This document shows positions 13,603-25,865 of a stretch of 64,000 nucleotides of DNA, in pieces. The stretch is from contig OZ024758.1 of assembly GCA_964016885.1 (NCBI GenBank), forward strand, positions 15,128,001 to 15,192,000, read 5' to 3'. Numbering within the stretch: the first letter of the stretch is position 1; each line of letters opens with the position of its first letter. The position numbers and the translations under genes are program-made. This DNA comes from Eledone cirrhosa. Its lineage: Eukaryota. The notes beneath the pieces are model-generated. The model was not told the origin of the DNA, did no database searches, and worked only from the letters and a program-made list of their open reading frames with translations.

Positions 13603-13784
13603 ACAGCTAAGGTAATTTATGAATTAAGGAATTCTACTATCGAGTAAAATAGAAAATATTTCGTATCCTTAAATAATTGTTTCTACTTTTGGCACAAGGC
13701 TAGCAATTACTCAGTGCTCAGTGTATTACTGGTACTCTATTTTATCGACCCCCGTAAGGATGAAAGGCAAAGTTAACTTCGACG

Positions 13785-13944
13785 CAGGGCCGTCTTACCA
13801 GCATTATAGGCCCCCTGGGCAAAGCAGAGCACTGGGGCCCCTACCTACACAACCACTCACAGGAATAAAAATACAAATGGGCCCCCTATTCTCGTGGAGC
13901 CCCCGGGCAACTGCCCAGCGTGCCCATGCATTAAGACGGCCCTG
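13785..13944. mobile_element. hAT-type MITE, 160 bp, inserted in a minus-strand group A SINE (13675-13970)
   Basis: TIRs CAGGGCCGTCTTA / TAAGACGGCCCTG; flanks CTTCGACG / CCTCAACG are a decayed duplication of the SINE 8-mer CCTCGGCG. Confidence 0.85.
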
Positions 13945-14026
13945 CCTCAACGGGATTTGAACTCAGACCGAAATAATACGCCCAGTTCCTTCCATAAACC
14001 ATATAAAGAAAACATTCCTTATTATT

Positions 14027-14208
14027 GGTGAATTGGCAGTATCGGTAGAGTCGGACGCCATGCTTTCCAGCATAGTTACGTCCCTTTACGGTCTGAGTTC
14101 AAATCCCGCCGAGGTAAACTTTGCCTTTCATCCTTACGGGGTCGATAAAATAAAGTACCAGTAATGTACTGGGTAATTGCTGGCCTTGTGCCTAAAATAG
14201 AAACAATT
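14027..14208 (+). mobile_element. SINE group A
   Basis: Full head, centre and end. Confidence 0.9.
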
Positions 14209-14275
14209 AACTTTAGTTTTGTTCCGCAAAATTGTGACATTATTATAAACAAAAGGTACACTTAAAATACAAATA

Positions 14276-14688
14276 CAGTGTACCCCCAGTATTCGCGGTC
14301 CCGGTTAGTCGCGGAATTTTCCTTTGAACCTAACTCATTGTTCGTGGAAACCACCGCTTATTCGCGGAATCGTAAATATCTTCCGCGATTTTTTTAATGA
14401 CCTTTTTCGTGGCAATATATATTTTTTCCATCCTTACGGGGTCGATAAAATAAAATACCAGTAATGCACTGGAATAATTGCTGACCTTGAGCCAAAATTA
14501 GAAACAATATATTTTTTCACGCTTTTTCACGCTAAATTAATAACAATATACCGTATTTGCCGGCCTATAATTTACGTTGTTTTGACATTTATAGGCATTT
14601 TTATGGACCACATCTAATATTCGCGATTTTCTTCACTCTTCACGGGTGCTCAAGGAACGTAGCCCTCGCGAATACCGGGGGACAACTG
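14276..14688. mobile_element. Tigger/pogo-type MITE with a nested SINE A 3' fragment (14428-14505)
   Basis: TA-CAGTGTACCCCCAGTATTCGCG ... CGCGAATACCGGGGGACAACTG-TA; the SINE piece is flanked by AATAT(AT)ATTTTTTC direct repeats. Confidence 0.75.
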
Positions 14689-15313
14689 TACTAAAAAGAT
14701 GAATTTTAATGTTTCTTATATCTTAAATTCCTTTCTCATTATATAATATTATAATTTGTCTGATGGGCGGCGTATTTAGTTTGGTATTTTTTGTGTAGTA
14801 TTATAAATTAAATCTAGCTATTATTATTCTATTGAAGTTTAAATAACAATTGTTTTAGTTAGAACAAAGAAATATTTTGTTGTGGAGTTTTAATATTCTT
14901 TAAGCTATTTTGCAAAAAGAAAAGTTATCTAAGATAAGATTATCTGAAAGAAATATTTCTTTTGTTTCATAAGTCTTAAAAACGAAAAAAAAAAACAAAA
15001 AAAAACGAAAAGCGTTTTATTTTGGTGATAAATCTGAAATAGGCTAAACATTTTCAGCTCGGGTTGTTTCAAAATCTTTCGTTTTTTTTATTTTTTATTT
15101 TTATTTCTTTCTGGAAAATATTGTGTGTGGCTGTGTGTAAGATTATTCACTTCGTTATTTCAACAATAAATATTGGTTACTAAGATTAAAGCTTTCGATG
15201 TTGATTATTAAAGTTTAAAACGAAGCCAGGTGCTATTTATTATTTCAATACAAAAAGAGTTTTTTAGATTAGACCAAGCAATGAGTGTTATTTGTCTCGC
15301 TCCTGTTGTTCAG

Positions 15314-16275
15314 TGATTGGCAGTATCGGTAGAGGGTCGGACGCCATACTTTGCAGCATAGTTATGGCGCTTTACGTTCTGAGTTCAAATCTCGCCAAGA
15401 TTAACTTTGCCTCTCGTCCTTACGGGATCGATAAAATAAAGTAATGCACTGGGGTAATTGCTGGCCTTGTGCCAAAAAGTAGAAACGATTATTACTATTG
15501 GACTGGCAGTATCGATGGAGCATCAGACCCCGTGATTTGCAGCATAGTTATGGCCTTTTACGTTCTGAGTTCAAAACTTTGCCTTTCATCTTTACGGGGT
15601 CGATTAAATAAAGCACCAGTAATGTACTGAGGTCGATTTAATCGACGCCCCCTCCCCCCAAATTGCTGTCCTTGTATCTAAGGGGTGGGAAAAGTTGATT
15701 AAATCGACCCAGTACATTACTGGTACTTTATTTTATCGACATCGTAAGGATGAAAGGCAAAGCTGACCTCGGCGAGATTTGAACCCGGAACATAAAAGGA
15801 CGCTCTACCGATCCTGCCAATCCACACCACCATAATAATAATAATAAAACTTTCTTTTAAATATTCACGAATTTCCTATTGCCATTATTTCAGAGTTGTT
15901 GATTCTCTGTAAGCTAAAACCTAGTCAATCATTTTTTTGTGTGTTATTTATTATTTATAATTTAATTGTTTCTACGTTAGGCACAAGGCCAGAAATTACC
16001 CAGTATATTACTGGTACTTTATTTTATCGACCCCGTAAGGATGAAAGGCAAAGTCAACCTCGGCGGGACTTATTATTTATAAATAAGGGCGGTAGATTGG
16101 CAGTATCGGTAGAGGGTCGGACACCATGCTTTGACGCATAGTTACGCCCCTTGCCATTCTGAGTTCAAATTCCGCCGAGGTTGACTTTGCCTTTCATCCT
16201 TACGTGGTCGATAAAATAAAGTACCAGTAATACACTGGGTAATTACTGGCCTTGTGCCAAAAGTAGAAACAATTA
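15314..16275. mobile_element. Cluster of five group A SINEs in both orientations
   Basis: + 15314-15490, + 15498-15680, - 15680-15830, - 15965-16070, + 16087-16275. Confidence 0.85.
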
Positions 16276-16940
16276 TTTATAATTTAATGCGAGGCTGGTA
16301 TTGAACCAAGTTGCGTGACTCACTCAGTTTGCTGTGTCAGTGAAATATTACTTGTTATATGCTAGGATCAATTTATCTAAATCTATACACCCTATATAGG
16401 CGGTGAATTGGCAGTCATTAGAACGTCAGATATATTGCTTTATGGTATTTGTTCCAGCTCTCTGCTTCCGGAGTTCAAATGTTGCCAAGGTCAACTTTGC
16501 TTTTCATCCTTTCAAGGTCAATAAAAAAAAGTACCAGTCTAGTGTTGGGGTTGATTCTTCCTCTCTGGAAGAAATCTGCTGTACTCAGGCTTAAAAAACG
16601 CCACTACGATTCTATCAGGAGTTACAGGGCCATGCATGTATGCATACACCCTACCTTCCTGTAATAAAATCTATGTATTAGCTGACTTGCAGTAGTATAA
16701 TGGTCACATACATTAGATCATTCACTCCAGATCTTTCCACTGTTTCTCTCTACATACCAACTGAATGATGCCGAAAATGTTTTTACTAAAACCATCCAAA
16801 CTCTTAACTTCCAAAATCAATTGAAACACATATGTAGTGTGTTTAGTTAATTAGAAATATAGAAATATAGTAACACAATTTGGTAGACAGAAACTGTGTA
16901 GATGCCCATCACACACCCATCACACACACACCCACCCATC

Positions 16941-17157
16941 ACGAACACACACGAACACGAACGAACACGAACGCACACGAACGCACACGAACGCACACGA
17001 ACGCACACGAACGCACACGAACGCACACGAACGCACACGAACGCACACGAACGCACACGAACGCACACGAACGCACACGAACGCACACGAACGCACACGA
17101 ACGCACACGAACGCACACGAACGCACACGAACGCACACGAACGAACACGAACACACG
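16941..17157. repeat. 10-bp tandem repeat (GAACGCACAC)n
   Basis: About 17 perfect units plus variant flanks. Confidence 0.95.
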
Positions 17158-17561
17158 AAAAGGGTCAGATAGATCCGTTCAGATCTAGCTGTCCAAACGG
17201 CCGGAGCTCAGCCATCAAGGTCCTGACTCATTTCCTATTACCCACTCTACTACCCCAAGTATTGAGTACTCTGGTGTGTTATGATCCACCTGGTTCCTTA
17301 CCACACCTTTGTTATATATATATATATATAACGGATTAAAGTTTAAGCAAAGAATCTCTTAACGGGTGAAAGCAGCGATTCTTTGCTTAAACTTTAATCT
17401 GTTATTTTAATAAATATTTGCTCTACGGTTATTTGATATATATTTATCCTTATCGAGCCCTCTTTGGATTTTAGTCTTCAAATTTATTATTATTACTATG
17501 TGTGTATATATATATATATATAGTTTAGGTATTGTAATGTCAAGTTACTGTTGGTTCCCTA

Positions 17562-20198
17562 CATCATCATCATCATCATCATCAACGTCCATCTTCCACG
17601 CTTGCATGGGTTTGGACGGGAGGTTTCCCACTTGAGGCAAGATTTGTTGTCTTGCTCGTATAGGACTGTCTGGCGGGTTTTCTGGATGCCCTTCTTAACA
17701 CCAACCACGTTTACAGTGTGGACTGGGAGGTTTTTACCATGTTACCTACACGGCCACATTACAGCATAGACTGTGTTTTTTTGTTGTGACACCTACACGA
17801 CCTCATTTGTTTCGGACTGGATGTTGTGGTACCAACATAGCTTTACATTGGAAGGGGTGGTGTGGATGGGGTGGGGCCCGGGGTGTATTTTTGTTAGAGG
17901 TGCCTACTAACTGTAGGTTTCGCTTTGTACTTAGGCAAGGCAGGTCTTCTGTATGACTGTGTAGCGCCAAAGATCTCGGTCCAGTGACATTGTCTTGGAG
18001 AGGTGTTTGTGAGTTCGGAATTTATCATGTCGTCCCAGATTTTTCTGAGTCTGCCTACTCCGTGGCTACCGTCTATTTTTATCGCCCTGCATGTTTTTAT
18101 ACAGCTGTCGTCTTTCATGCGCATCACGTGACCGTACCAACGTAGTCTTCTCTCGAGTAAACATCTGATCCCTCTTATTTCTAATTTCTCCCTTAGTTCG
18201 TTTATGCTTTGCCGTTCACGTATATTACTATTACACATCCAGTGGAGCATGCAAGCTTCGTTTCTCTCCAGTCTGTGTATATCCTCTGCACACAATGCCC
18301 AGGTCTCACTGCCATGTAACATTGCTGTTCGTATGCAGGCATCATACAGCCTGCCTTTCATTTTTAGAGAGAACCCTTTAGCGGCCAATAGTGGTATAAG
18401 CTCTCTGAACTTTTTCCATCCCGTTCTGACTCTAGCTACTGTACTTTCAGAGCACCTTCCCCCACTGCTGATTTTGTCACCCAGGTAACGGAAGCTGTCC
18501 ACTATTTCTATAGTACCATCTGTGCAATGGAATGAGCTAGTATTCTGTGGGCACTTGGTGCTACTTATTGCACCAGAGCACTGGCCGCATATAAAATCTA
18601 TATTCTTAGTTAGCTTACCTGTGATCCCACTACATCTTTTAAGCAATCATACTTAGCCTTTGGGACATAAAATGGAGTTTCTGCCTATTCCTTTCCTACA
18701 CACTGAGCATGGCCATTTCCCAGTTGGGACCGGTGCCCTATTTCTCCTTCCTACAAACTAGAACTTTAGTATAAATAGTAGGGGTCTAAGAACGGAGCCC
18801 TGATGAACACCAACTTTTACGCTAAACTCTTCACTATATTCGTTGTTAATTCTAACCTTGCTGACTGTTTCTTTATACATGGCTTGTATAGCTCTCACAA
18901 GCCATTCATCAACACCTAGTTTTCTAAGCGCCCACCAGATAATGGAGCGGGGGACTCTGTCAAAGGCTTTCTCAAAGTCAACAAAAGCTAAGTATAAGGG
19001 TTTACTTTTAGCTAGGTACTTCTCTTGTAGTTGTCGTACAATGAAAAGAGCCTCTGTTGTACTTTTACCTGACACAAACCCAAACTGCATTTCATCTAGA
19101 TCAATTCGTTCTCTGATTAGTTGTGCTATTACTTTTTCTGTGACCTTCATGGCCTGGTCGATAAATTTAATGCCTCTATAGTTCCCCCTATCTAGGGAAT
19201 CTCCTTTACCCTTGTAGCAGTTAATGATGATGCTGCTACGCCAGTCCTTTGGAACGGCCCCATTCTGTATGACTTGGTTTACTATCCGGGTGACCATAGT
19301 GTGTCCCACCATTCCAGATGCTTTCAGCATTTCAGCAACTATTTCCGAAGGCCTGGCCACCTTACCTGTCTTCATATATTTGATTGCTTTACTTATTATA
19401 CTACCTTCAACTTGCACTGCTGGTCCCTCTATTGGATCGATGTGGGGGGGAGACTGTCTTTCTCCCATTTATTCTCCTCATTTAGTAGCCTTTCGTAGTG
19501 ACACTTCCAAGCTACCTTCTTATCAGCGTCAGTGATGGCAAGTACACCATCATCATTAAGGACACTTCTCCCCGACAATATCACAGTTTTCCTTGACACA
19601 TTGCCTAGCAATCCTGAACACCTCATGTTTTTGGTCCTCGCGTTGTAGAACATGCTTGAACTTTCTTTCCTCTGCTTCCCTTCTTGCGAAGTACACTTGT
19701 CTCCTAGCTTCCCTCCTGGCCACTTGATAGTCTTCTCTACTTCCCCCATCCCGCCATACTTTCCAAGCCTGCTTTTTGGCCTTAATTGACTCCTCCACCT
19801 TACTATTCCACCACCACGTTACTCTCCTCCTGCCTATAGGCCTGCTCCAACCACAAACTTCATCTGCCGCCTTCAGCAGATTTGCTTTCAGGAATTCCCA
19901 CTGTTCCTCTATATTGTACGACTCTAATTGCTCTTCCTTACTGTCGAAAGCATCAAGTAATATGCTTTTAAATTTATTACTGGCTGTGGGGTCCTTTAGC
20001 TTCCATATTTTTCTCCTGAGGATAATCCTCCTCTGTTGTCGAGTACGTCTTGTCCTGACTATGAGGTCGCTGTCTATGTTGGGAGGTGCATTCTTCATAG
20101 GGGAGGGATTTAGTGTTTACAACAGACACTCTATCACGTCTTCTGGTAAGGATATAATCTATCTGACTGGCGTGTTCCCCTGATCTATAGGTGATCAA
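17562..20198 (-). mobile_element. 5'-truncated RTE-clade LINE: end of APE, RT, PHD-like insert, thumb, 3'UTR and (GAT)n tail; non-functional
   Basis: LITYRSGEHASQIDYIL...ECTSQHR (APE end); VTWWWN; YKGKGDSLDRGNYRGIK, QFGFVSGKSTTEA, AFVDFEKAFDRVPR, VGVHQGSVLRPLLFI; FRYLGD, LHGSETW, RRLRWYGHVMR. Frameshifts present and the YADD segment is missing. Confidence 0.93.
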
Positions 20199-20809
20199 TA
20201 CTATATATATATATATATATATATATATTGTCATTTGCTTATTTCTGTTTGCCTTTTGCATGTGCATGTATATATTATATACACACACATTTGCACTGAG
20301 GGTCCTACATATGTTATATATATATAAATATATTCTAATTTTAGCCAGCTTTGCAAATGTTGTTGATTAGATATACTTTGATTGTAGTTAACCAACTTTT
20401 TAGTGACCAACCATTTCCTGTTAATAGTTGCAGAAAGAAATATCATGTAGCACACACAAACTAGATCCAACTATTTATGTTACAATAACACTTGTTTTCT
20501 CTTTAAAACGGTCAAGCACATTTCATTATCTTCACCTATCAAACTTTCCACTAAATCTCAATTGAAACCAAACCACATGAGATTAGTTTTTGTTGTATGA
20601 TAGAAAGTTGTATATTTTAAAGTGTTTATATTTGTGTAAATAGAAAAAAAGATCCTTCCATCATAATTTTATGTAACGACCTGTATTGCCATGTTCCAAA
20701 AGCCAGTTTAGTAATGAGAAAGTTAGTCATATTTACTAAATTCCTACAGTCATAATTATTTTCAAAATTAGTTAAAAATGATAGTCATTGTTTTTCATGT
20801 GAAATATGG

Positions 20810-21380
20810 TAATAAGACTGGGGTCCCTGTCAATAAGGATCATCCTATATACCATTATAGGATTGGAGTCCCTTTAATAAGGCTTCTATATACCATGTGA
20901 AGACTGGAGCCCCTGTCAATAAGGGTTCACCTATATACCATGACAGGACTGGAGCCCCTGTTAATAAGGCTTCTAGATGCCATTATAGGACTGGAGTCCT
21001 TGTTAATAAGGGTTATCCTATAAACCATAAGACTGGAGTCCCTGTTAAGGCTTCTATATACCATGTTAGGACTGAAGCCCCTGTTAATAAGGCTTCTATA
21101 TACCATGTTAGGACTGAAGCCCCTGTTAATAAGGCTTCTATATACCATGTTAGGACTGAAGCCCCTGTTAATAAGGCTTCTATATACCATGTTAGGACTG
21201 AAGCCCCTGTTAATAAGGCTTTTATATACCATGAAATGACTGAAGCCCCTGTTAATAAGGCTTCTATATACCATGTTAGGACTAGAGCCCCTATTAATAA
21301 GGCTTCTATAAACCATGACAGGACTGGAGCCCTTGTCAATAAGATTCCGATAAACCCTGAAGGGACTGGAGCCCTGTTAA
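20810..21380. repeat. 42-bp minisatellite, ~13 units
   Basis: Unit GGACTGAAGCCCCTGTTAATAAGGCTTCTATATACCATGTTA; central units identical, edges diverged. Confidence 0.92.
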
Positions 21381-22312
21381 TTAAACACCCAAGAAATACA
21401 ACCTCAAGGTTTTATATCTTAAGTGTTTTGAAGCTAGCTAGACCTGCATGGATGTGAACTGTAACCACCACCATCACCACAGCATTTAAAATTTTTTTTT
21501 TTTCTTTTTGGTTAAAGATGAGAAAAGCCAAACGATGCTTTGTAGCTTAGTATATACATTTTTCCTTTTTTTTAAATATAGTTTTCTATCCACATGCCTT
21601 GCTTAGAGTCTGGACAATGGTCATATCAAGTGGTTCAAGGACAATAGCTGAGTCACATGTTATTTTAAAGTCTAATTAGCTCTCAGAGAACTAGCTAAAG
21701 GAATTGCTACTTGATAGGTGCTCAAGTACTAAAACATGTTAATTAGTAGTAGTAGTAGGGTGGGGAGGGAGACAGGGAAGATCTATCTATAATAAACTTT
21801 TTTTGTCTTTAACATTAAAAGATTTTTTTTTTATTTTTGTTTTATTCAGAAGGATCTAGTAAAGCTACTTATAGCAAAAATAAATATGACAAGTCTTTGA
21901 GAAAGATCATTTGAAAATTAAATTTTTAGCGATAAATTTATTTTCCTGTTTCTTTGAAATAGGTTAAACTGGTTCTGTGATATAAACACCAGTTTAATAA
22001 TGAGAAAGTTAGCTACATTTCTAAATTGCTTAAATGTTTAATTCATTTTGAAACTAATAAAAAAAAAATTCATAAATATAGTAATGAAAGTGTTAACATT
22101 TTTTGTGACCATATTTCTAAAAAGAAATATGTTGCCTTTGTGTTTTAATTATCAAAATAATAAAGAATTATGGGTGATTTAGTGTAATATCTAACTTTCA
22201 ATATAATATCAAAAGATAGATATTTAAATATTGAAATCTAATATGTCATATAACAATGAGATTGCAATCAAAGATTTACATTTAAATTTGAACACTTCAA
22301 GCCTGTCTTTTC

Positions 22313-22536
22313 TTAACTCTTGAACATTTAAACCAGCCGTATCCGGCCAGAATTCTCTCACCTCTTTCAGTTCAAACAGGCTGTAACTGGCTGCTCATAC
22401 TGATGTTAAGGTATTGTTCTCAAAATAAATATCAAGATCTCATAAATTCAATATTATGTGAGATAATTGTGAGGTAAAACCTTTACCGTGAAAATACAAT
22501 AGTAAATATAGAGTAATGTAAATGCTAAAGGGTTAA
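22313..22536. mobile_element. piggyBac-type MITE P1
   Basis: TTAA-bounded; ends AAATGCTAAAGGGTTAA. Confidence 0.8.
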
Positions 22537-22954
22537 GTTGAACATATTTTATTTACATAAATATTACCAAAGTGTATCGCATGAGATGATATTGTAAAGT
22601 TAAGACAAAATGATATTTAAATGAAACCAAAATAAAAAATAAAATTAGGCTCAGTTTTGGGTGGGTTGGTCTTTATTTGTTTGATATTTTTGAGAAGCAA
22701 ATATTTCTTGTATGAATCTCATACAAATGTGATGGTGCCATGATAAAATACAATAAGTTGTAAAAGTATAGTGCTGGTGCCATGATAAAATGTACCCAGT
22801 ACACTGTTTGGTATGGCAGAAGCCATGCAAAATTTAGAACATATCAAGATGTGGCTCTCTGACCTGTCTCAGACCATAATGATCTGTCCAACCCATGCCA
22901 GCATAGAAATCAGATGTTAAATGATGATAAAATCTTATACAAATGAAAGAACTC

Positions 22955-23262
22955 AGTAAGGGTAAAGACCCGTCCTTTCGTCACAAATGACCATGGGTTT
23001 TGCACCTAGACAGTTCCCCTGTGAGGCACAACTCGGGGCAAGGTTGTTTGTGGAAGACCAACAGTCTTCCCTCTCCAAGCCACCAATGTTATCCAAGGGA
23101 AAGGCCGATACAGCTTGGCACTAGTGACATAGCAACTCTTTTATGGAGCAACTTGAAATAAAGTGTCTTGCTTAAGAACACAACACAAAGCTTGGTCCGA
23201 GAATCACTCACAACCTCGCGATTGTAAGTTCGACGCTCTAACCACTAAGCCATGTGCCTTCA
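22955..23262 (-). mobile_element. SINE group B head and centre with tail type 2
   Basis: GAAATAAAGTGTCTTGCT...CTCTAACCACTAAGCCATG joined to a tail not seen on other group B copies here. Confidence 0.75.
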
Positions 23263-23564
23263 AGAATTCAGTATATGCAGATATGTAGTTCTTTCAGATT
23301 CTTTAAGGCTATAATCAAGCATAGAAACAGCTTAGCTTCTAGCACTTAATTCTGTTTATATAACCTGAATAAGTATTTAGTCGACTCCATTTAAACTAAA
23401 TACTTTCTCTATAAAGCAGTAATTAACAAGATAAATTTCCTTTGACCTATTTAATATTCAACGAGGAATTCTAAGTTTTTAATTAAAAACTAAAACAAAT
23501 TTAGATTTATAAACTACTTACTGTGTATACTCAAATATAAGTTGACCCCCCCCCCCCCTCTGAA

Positions 23565-24250
23565 CTGAGAGATCACAGCTCTGATACTATGGGGGATGCG
23601 GTTAGAATGTCCCGAGAAAGAATCACTGGACAGATTTGTAGTTCAGAGATCAGAGAGTCTCTCCAGGTAGAGCTGCTACTTCTTCAAATTGAGAGATCAC
23701 AGCTCTGATATTATGGACATGTGGTTAGAATGTCTCAGGAAAGAATCACTGGTCAGATTTGTAGCTCTGAGATCAGAGAGTCACTCCAGGTAGAGCTGCT
23801 ACTTCTCCAAATTGAGAGATCACAGCTCTGATACTATGGGGATGCGGTTAGAATATCTCAAGAAAGAATCGCTGGACAGATTTGTAGCTCTGAGATCAGA
23901 GAGTCTCTCCAGGTAGAGCTGCTACTTCTCCAAATTGAGAGATCACAGCTCTGATACTATGGGGATGCGGTTAGAATATCTCGGAGAAATAATCACTGGA
24001 CAGATTTGTAGTTCTGAGATCAGAGAGTCTCTCTAGGTAGAGCTGCTACTTCTCCAAATTGAGAGATCACAGCTCTGATATTATGGACATGCTTTTAGAA
24101 TATCTCAGGAAAGAATTGCTGATTTTTATGGGCAAAACCCACCAGCAAGAGACCCAGAGGTAGGCCTTGAGCAAGATGGTTGGGTAACATCCATGAGCTT
24201 GGCTGGTCTCACTTGGGGATCTAGCCAGATCAGTTGGAGATGGTTGCTTT
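23565..24250 (+). mobile_element. RTE (Rex3/Expander-like) LINE 3' coding relic whose thumb segment is tandemly amplified (~123 bp x 4.5)
   Basis: Unit starts at 23567, 23691, 23814, 23937, 24061. The unit translates SSEIRESLQVELLLLQIERSQL*YYGHVVRMSQERI and the unique continuation reads KPTSKRPRGRP*ARWLGNIHELGWSHLGI*PDQLEMVA. Confidence 0.8.
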
Positions 24251-24412
24251 GTAGGTAATCAAAGGGATAGAAATTATATTCACTATAACCCCAGTTGCTC
24301 TCGCTATGCCCTCAATGAAACAAGATTTGAACATGGGACTACGCAAAACTGTACCCATATGGTATTCATAATAGGATGGTGATTGCACATAGAATATGTA
24401 AATATATATATA

Positions 24413-24750
24413 TCATCATCATCATCATTTTACGTCTGCTTTTCCCTGCTTGCAAGGGAGGGACGGAAACTGATTCTGGTTTGATTTCTACAGCTGGATG
24501 CCCTTCCTAACACCAACCTCATTTACAGTGAGTGCTGGGTGCTTTTTTTTGCTGTGGCACCTCCACGACCCCGTTGCAGTGGAATGATAGGGACCCCAGT
24601 CCCTATCTCATTTCTACAGCTGAGTAAACTGGAGCAATGTGAAATAAAGTGTCTTGCTCAAGGAAACAACACATCACCCGGTCTGGGAATTGAACTCACA
24701 ACCTTTCGATTTCAAAGTCAATGCTCTAACCACTAAGCCATGTGCCTCCA
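24413..24750 (-). mobile_element. SINE group B, tail type 1 with (GAT)n end
   Basis: Reverse complement of the 25071-25400 type. Confidence 0.9.
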
Positions 24751-24761
24751 TATATATATAT

Positions 24762-24943
24762 AGGGCGGTGGATTGGCAGTATCGGTAGTGTCAGATATCG
24801 TGCTTAGCGGCATAGTTACATCTCTTTGTTCTGAGTTCAAATTAAGTTCGATAAAATAAAGCACAAATAATGTACTGGGGTCGATTTAAAAGATTTTCTC
24901 TTCTCTCCCCAAAATTGTTGGCCTTGTGCTTAAATCAGAAACC

Positions 24944-24945
<2 letters not shown>
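24762..24945 (+). mobile_element. SINE group A with internal deletion
   Basis: Head and 3' end present; GCCTTTCATCC segment absent. Confidence 0.75.
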
Positions 24946-25009
<64 letters not shown>

Positions 25010-25070
25010 GTGGTGCTATTAAATTAGACATGGCCTGGGCCAATACTGGCTGAAACCAATCAGTATATAT

Positions 25071-25400
25071 ATGGCTTAGTGGTTAGAGCATTGGCCTTGC
25101 AATCGAAAGGTGAGTTCTATTCTCAGACCGGGTGATGTGTTGTTTCCTTGAGCAAGATACTTTATTTCACATTGCTCCAGTTTACTCAGCTGTAGAAATG
25201 AGATGATAGGGACTGGGGTCCCTATCATTCCACTGCAAAGTGGCCGTGGAGGTGCCACGGCAAAAAAGCACCCAGCACTCACTGTAAATGAGGTTGGTGT
25301 TAGGAAGGGCATCCAGCTGTAGAAATCAAGCCAGAATCGGTTCCCATCCCACCCTTGCAAGCAGGGAAAAGCGGATGTAAAATGATGATGATGATGATGA
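25071..25400 (+). mobile_element. SINE group B, tail type 1
   Basis: TGGCTTAGTGGTTAGAGC A-box, CCTTGAGCAAGA centre, GGAAGGGCATCCAGCTGTAGAAA, (GAT)n end. Confidence 0.9.
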
Positions 25401-25832
25401 TATATATATTAGTCTACGACTTCATTTATACCATAAACGTGGTTTTGTCTTTGCGTGTAATTGTTTTTCACCGCACCAAATAATGACGTATTATCTTCGT
25501 TTTTTTCCCGTTCTTTGCAAGGGAACGTTTCCACGAACCAAAGTATTGTCTTCCTGTCTTCCTTCGGTTCCAACGTTTTTTTGAAATATTTACTTCTGCA
25601 TTCACAGATTGACTTTTTTAGTTTCAGAAGATCCCGTTAAGGGTGAAAGCAGCGATTCTTTGCTTAAACTTTAATCTGTTATTTTTATATAAATATATAT
25701 ATATATGTAAAAAGTAAACAGAAATAACACAATTGGTACAGTATATGGAAGGAATATATTAGGTTAATGCTTGAATATATGTGTATGTGTGTCTACATGA
25801 TCATCATCACCATTTAAGGGTTATATTAATGG

Positions 25833-25865
<33 letters not shown>

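Noticed and set aside
20897-21457. 186-aa ORF with 14-aa repeats
   Set aside because: Consequence of a 42-bp minisatellite; also open on the opposite strand.
24539-24736. Recurrent LEQCEIKCLAQG ORFs
   Set aside because: Antisense translation of SINE group B.
25071-25130. tRNA gene
   Set aside because: A/B boxes belong to SINE heads and continue into SINE body; no complete cloverleaf was evident.
25620-25660. Hammerhead-like CAGAAGA-TCCC/GGGT-GAAA
   Set aside because: U4 altered, and no stem III/UH site or stem I pairing.
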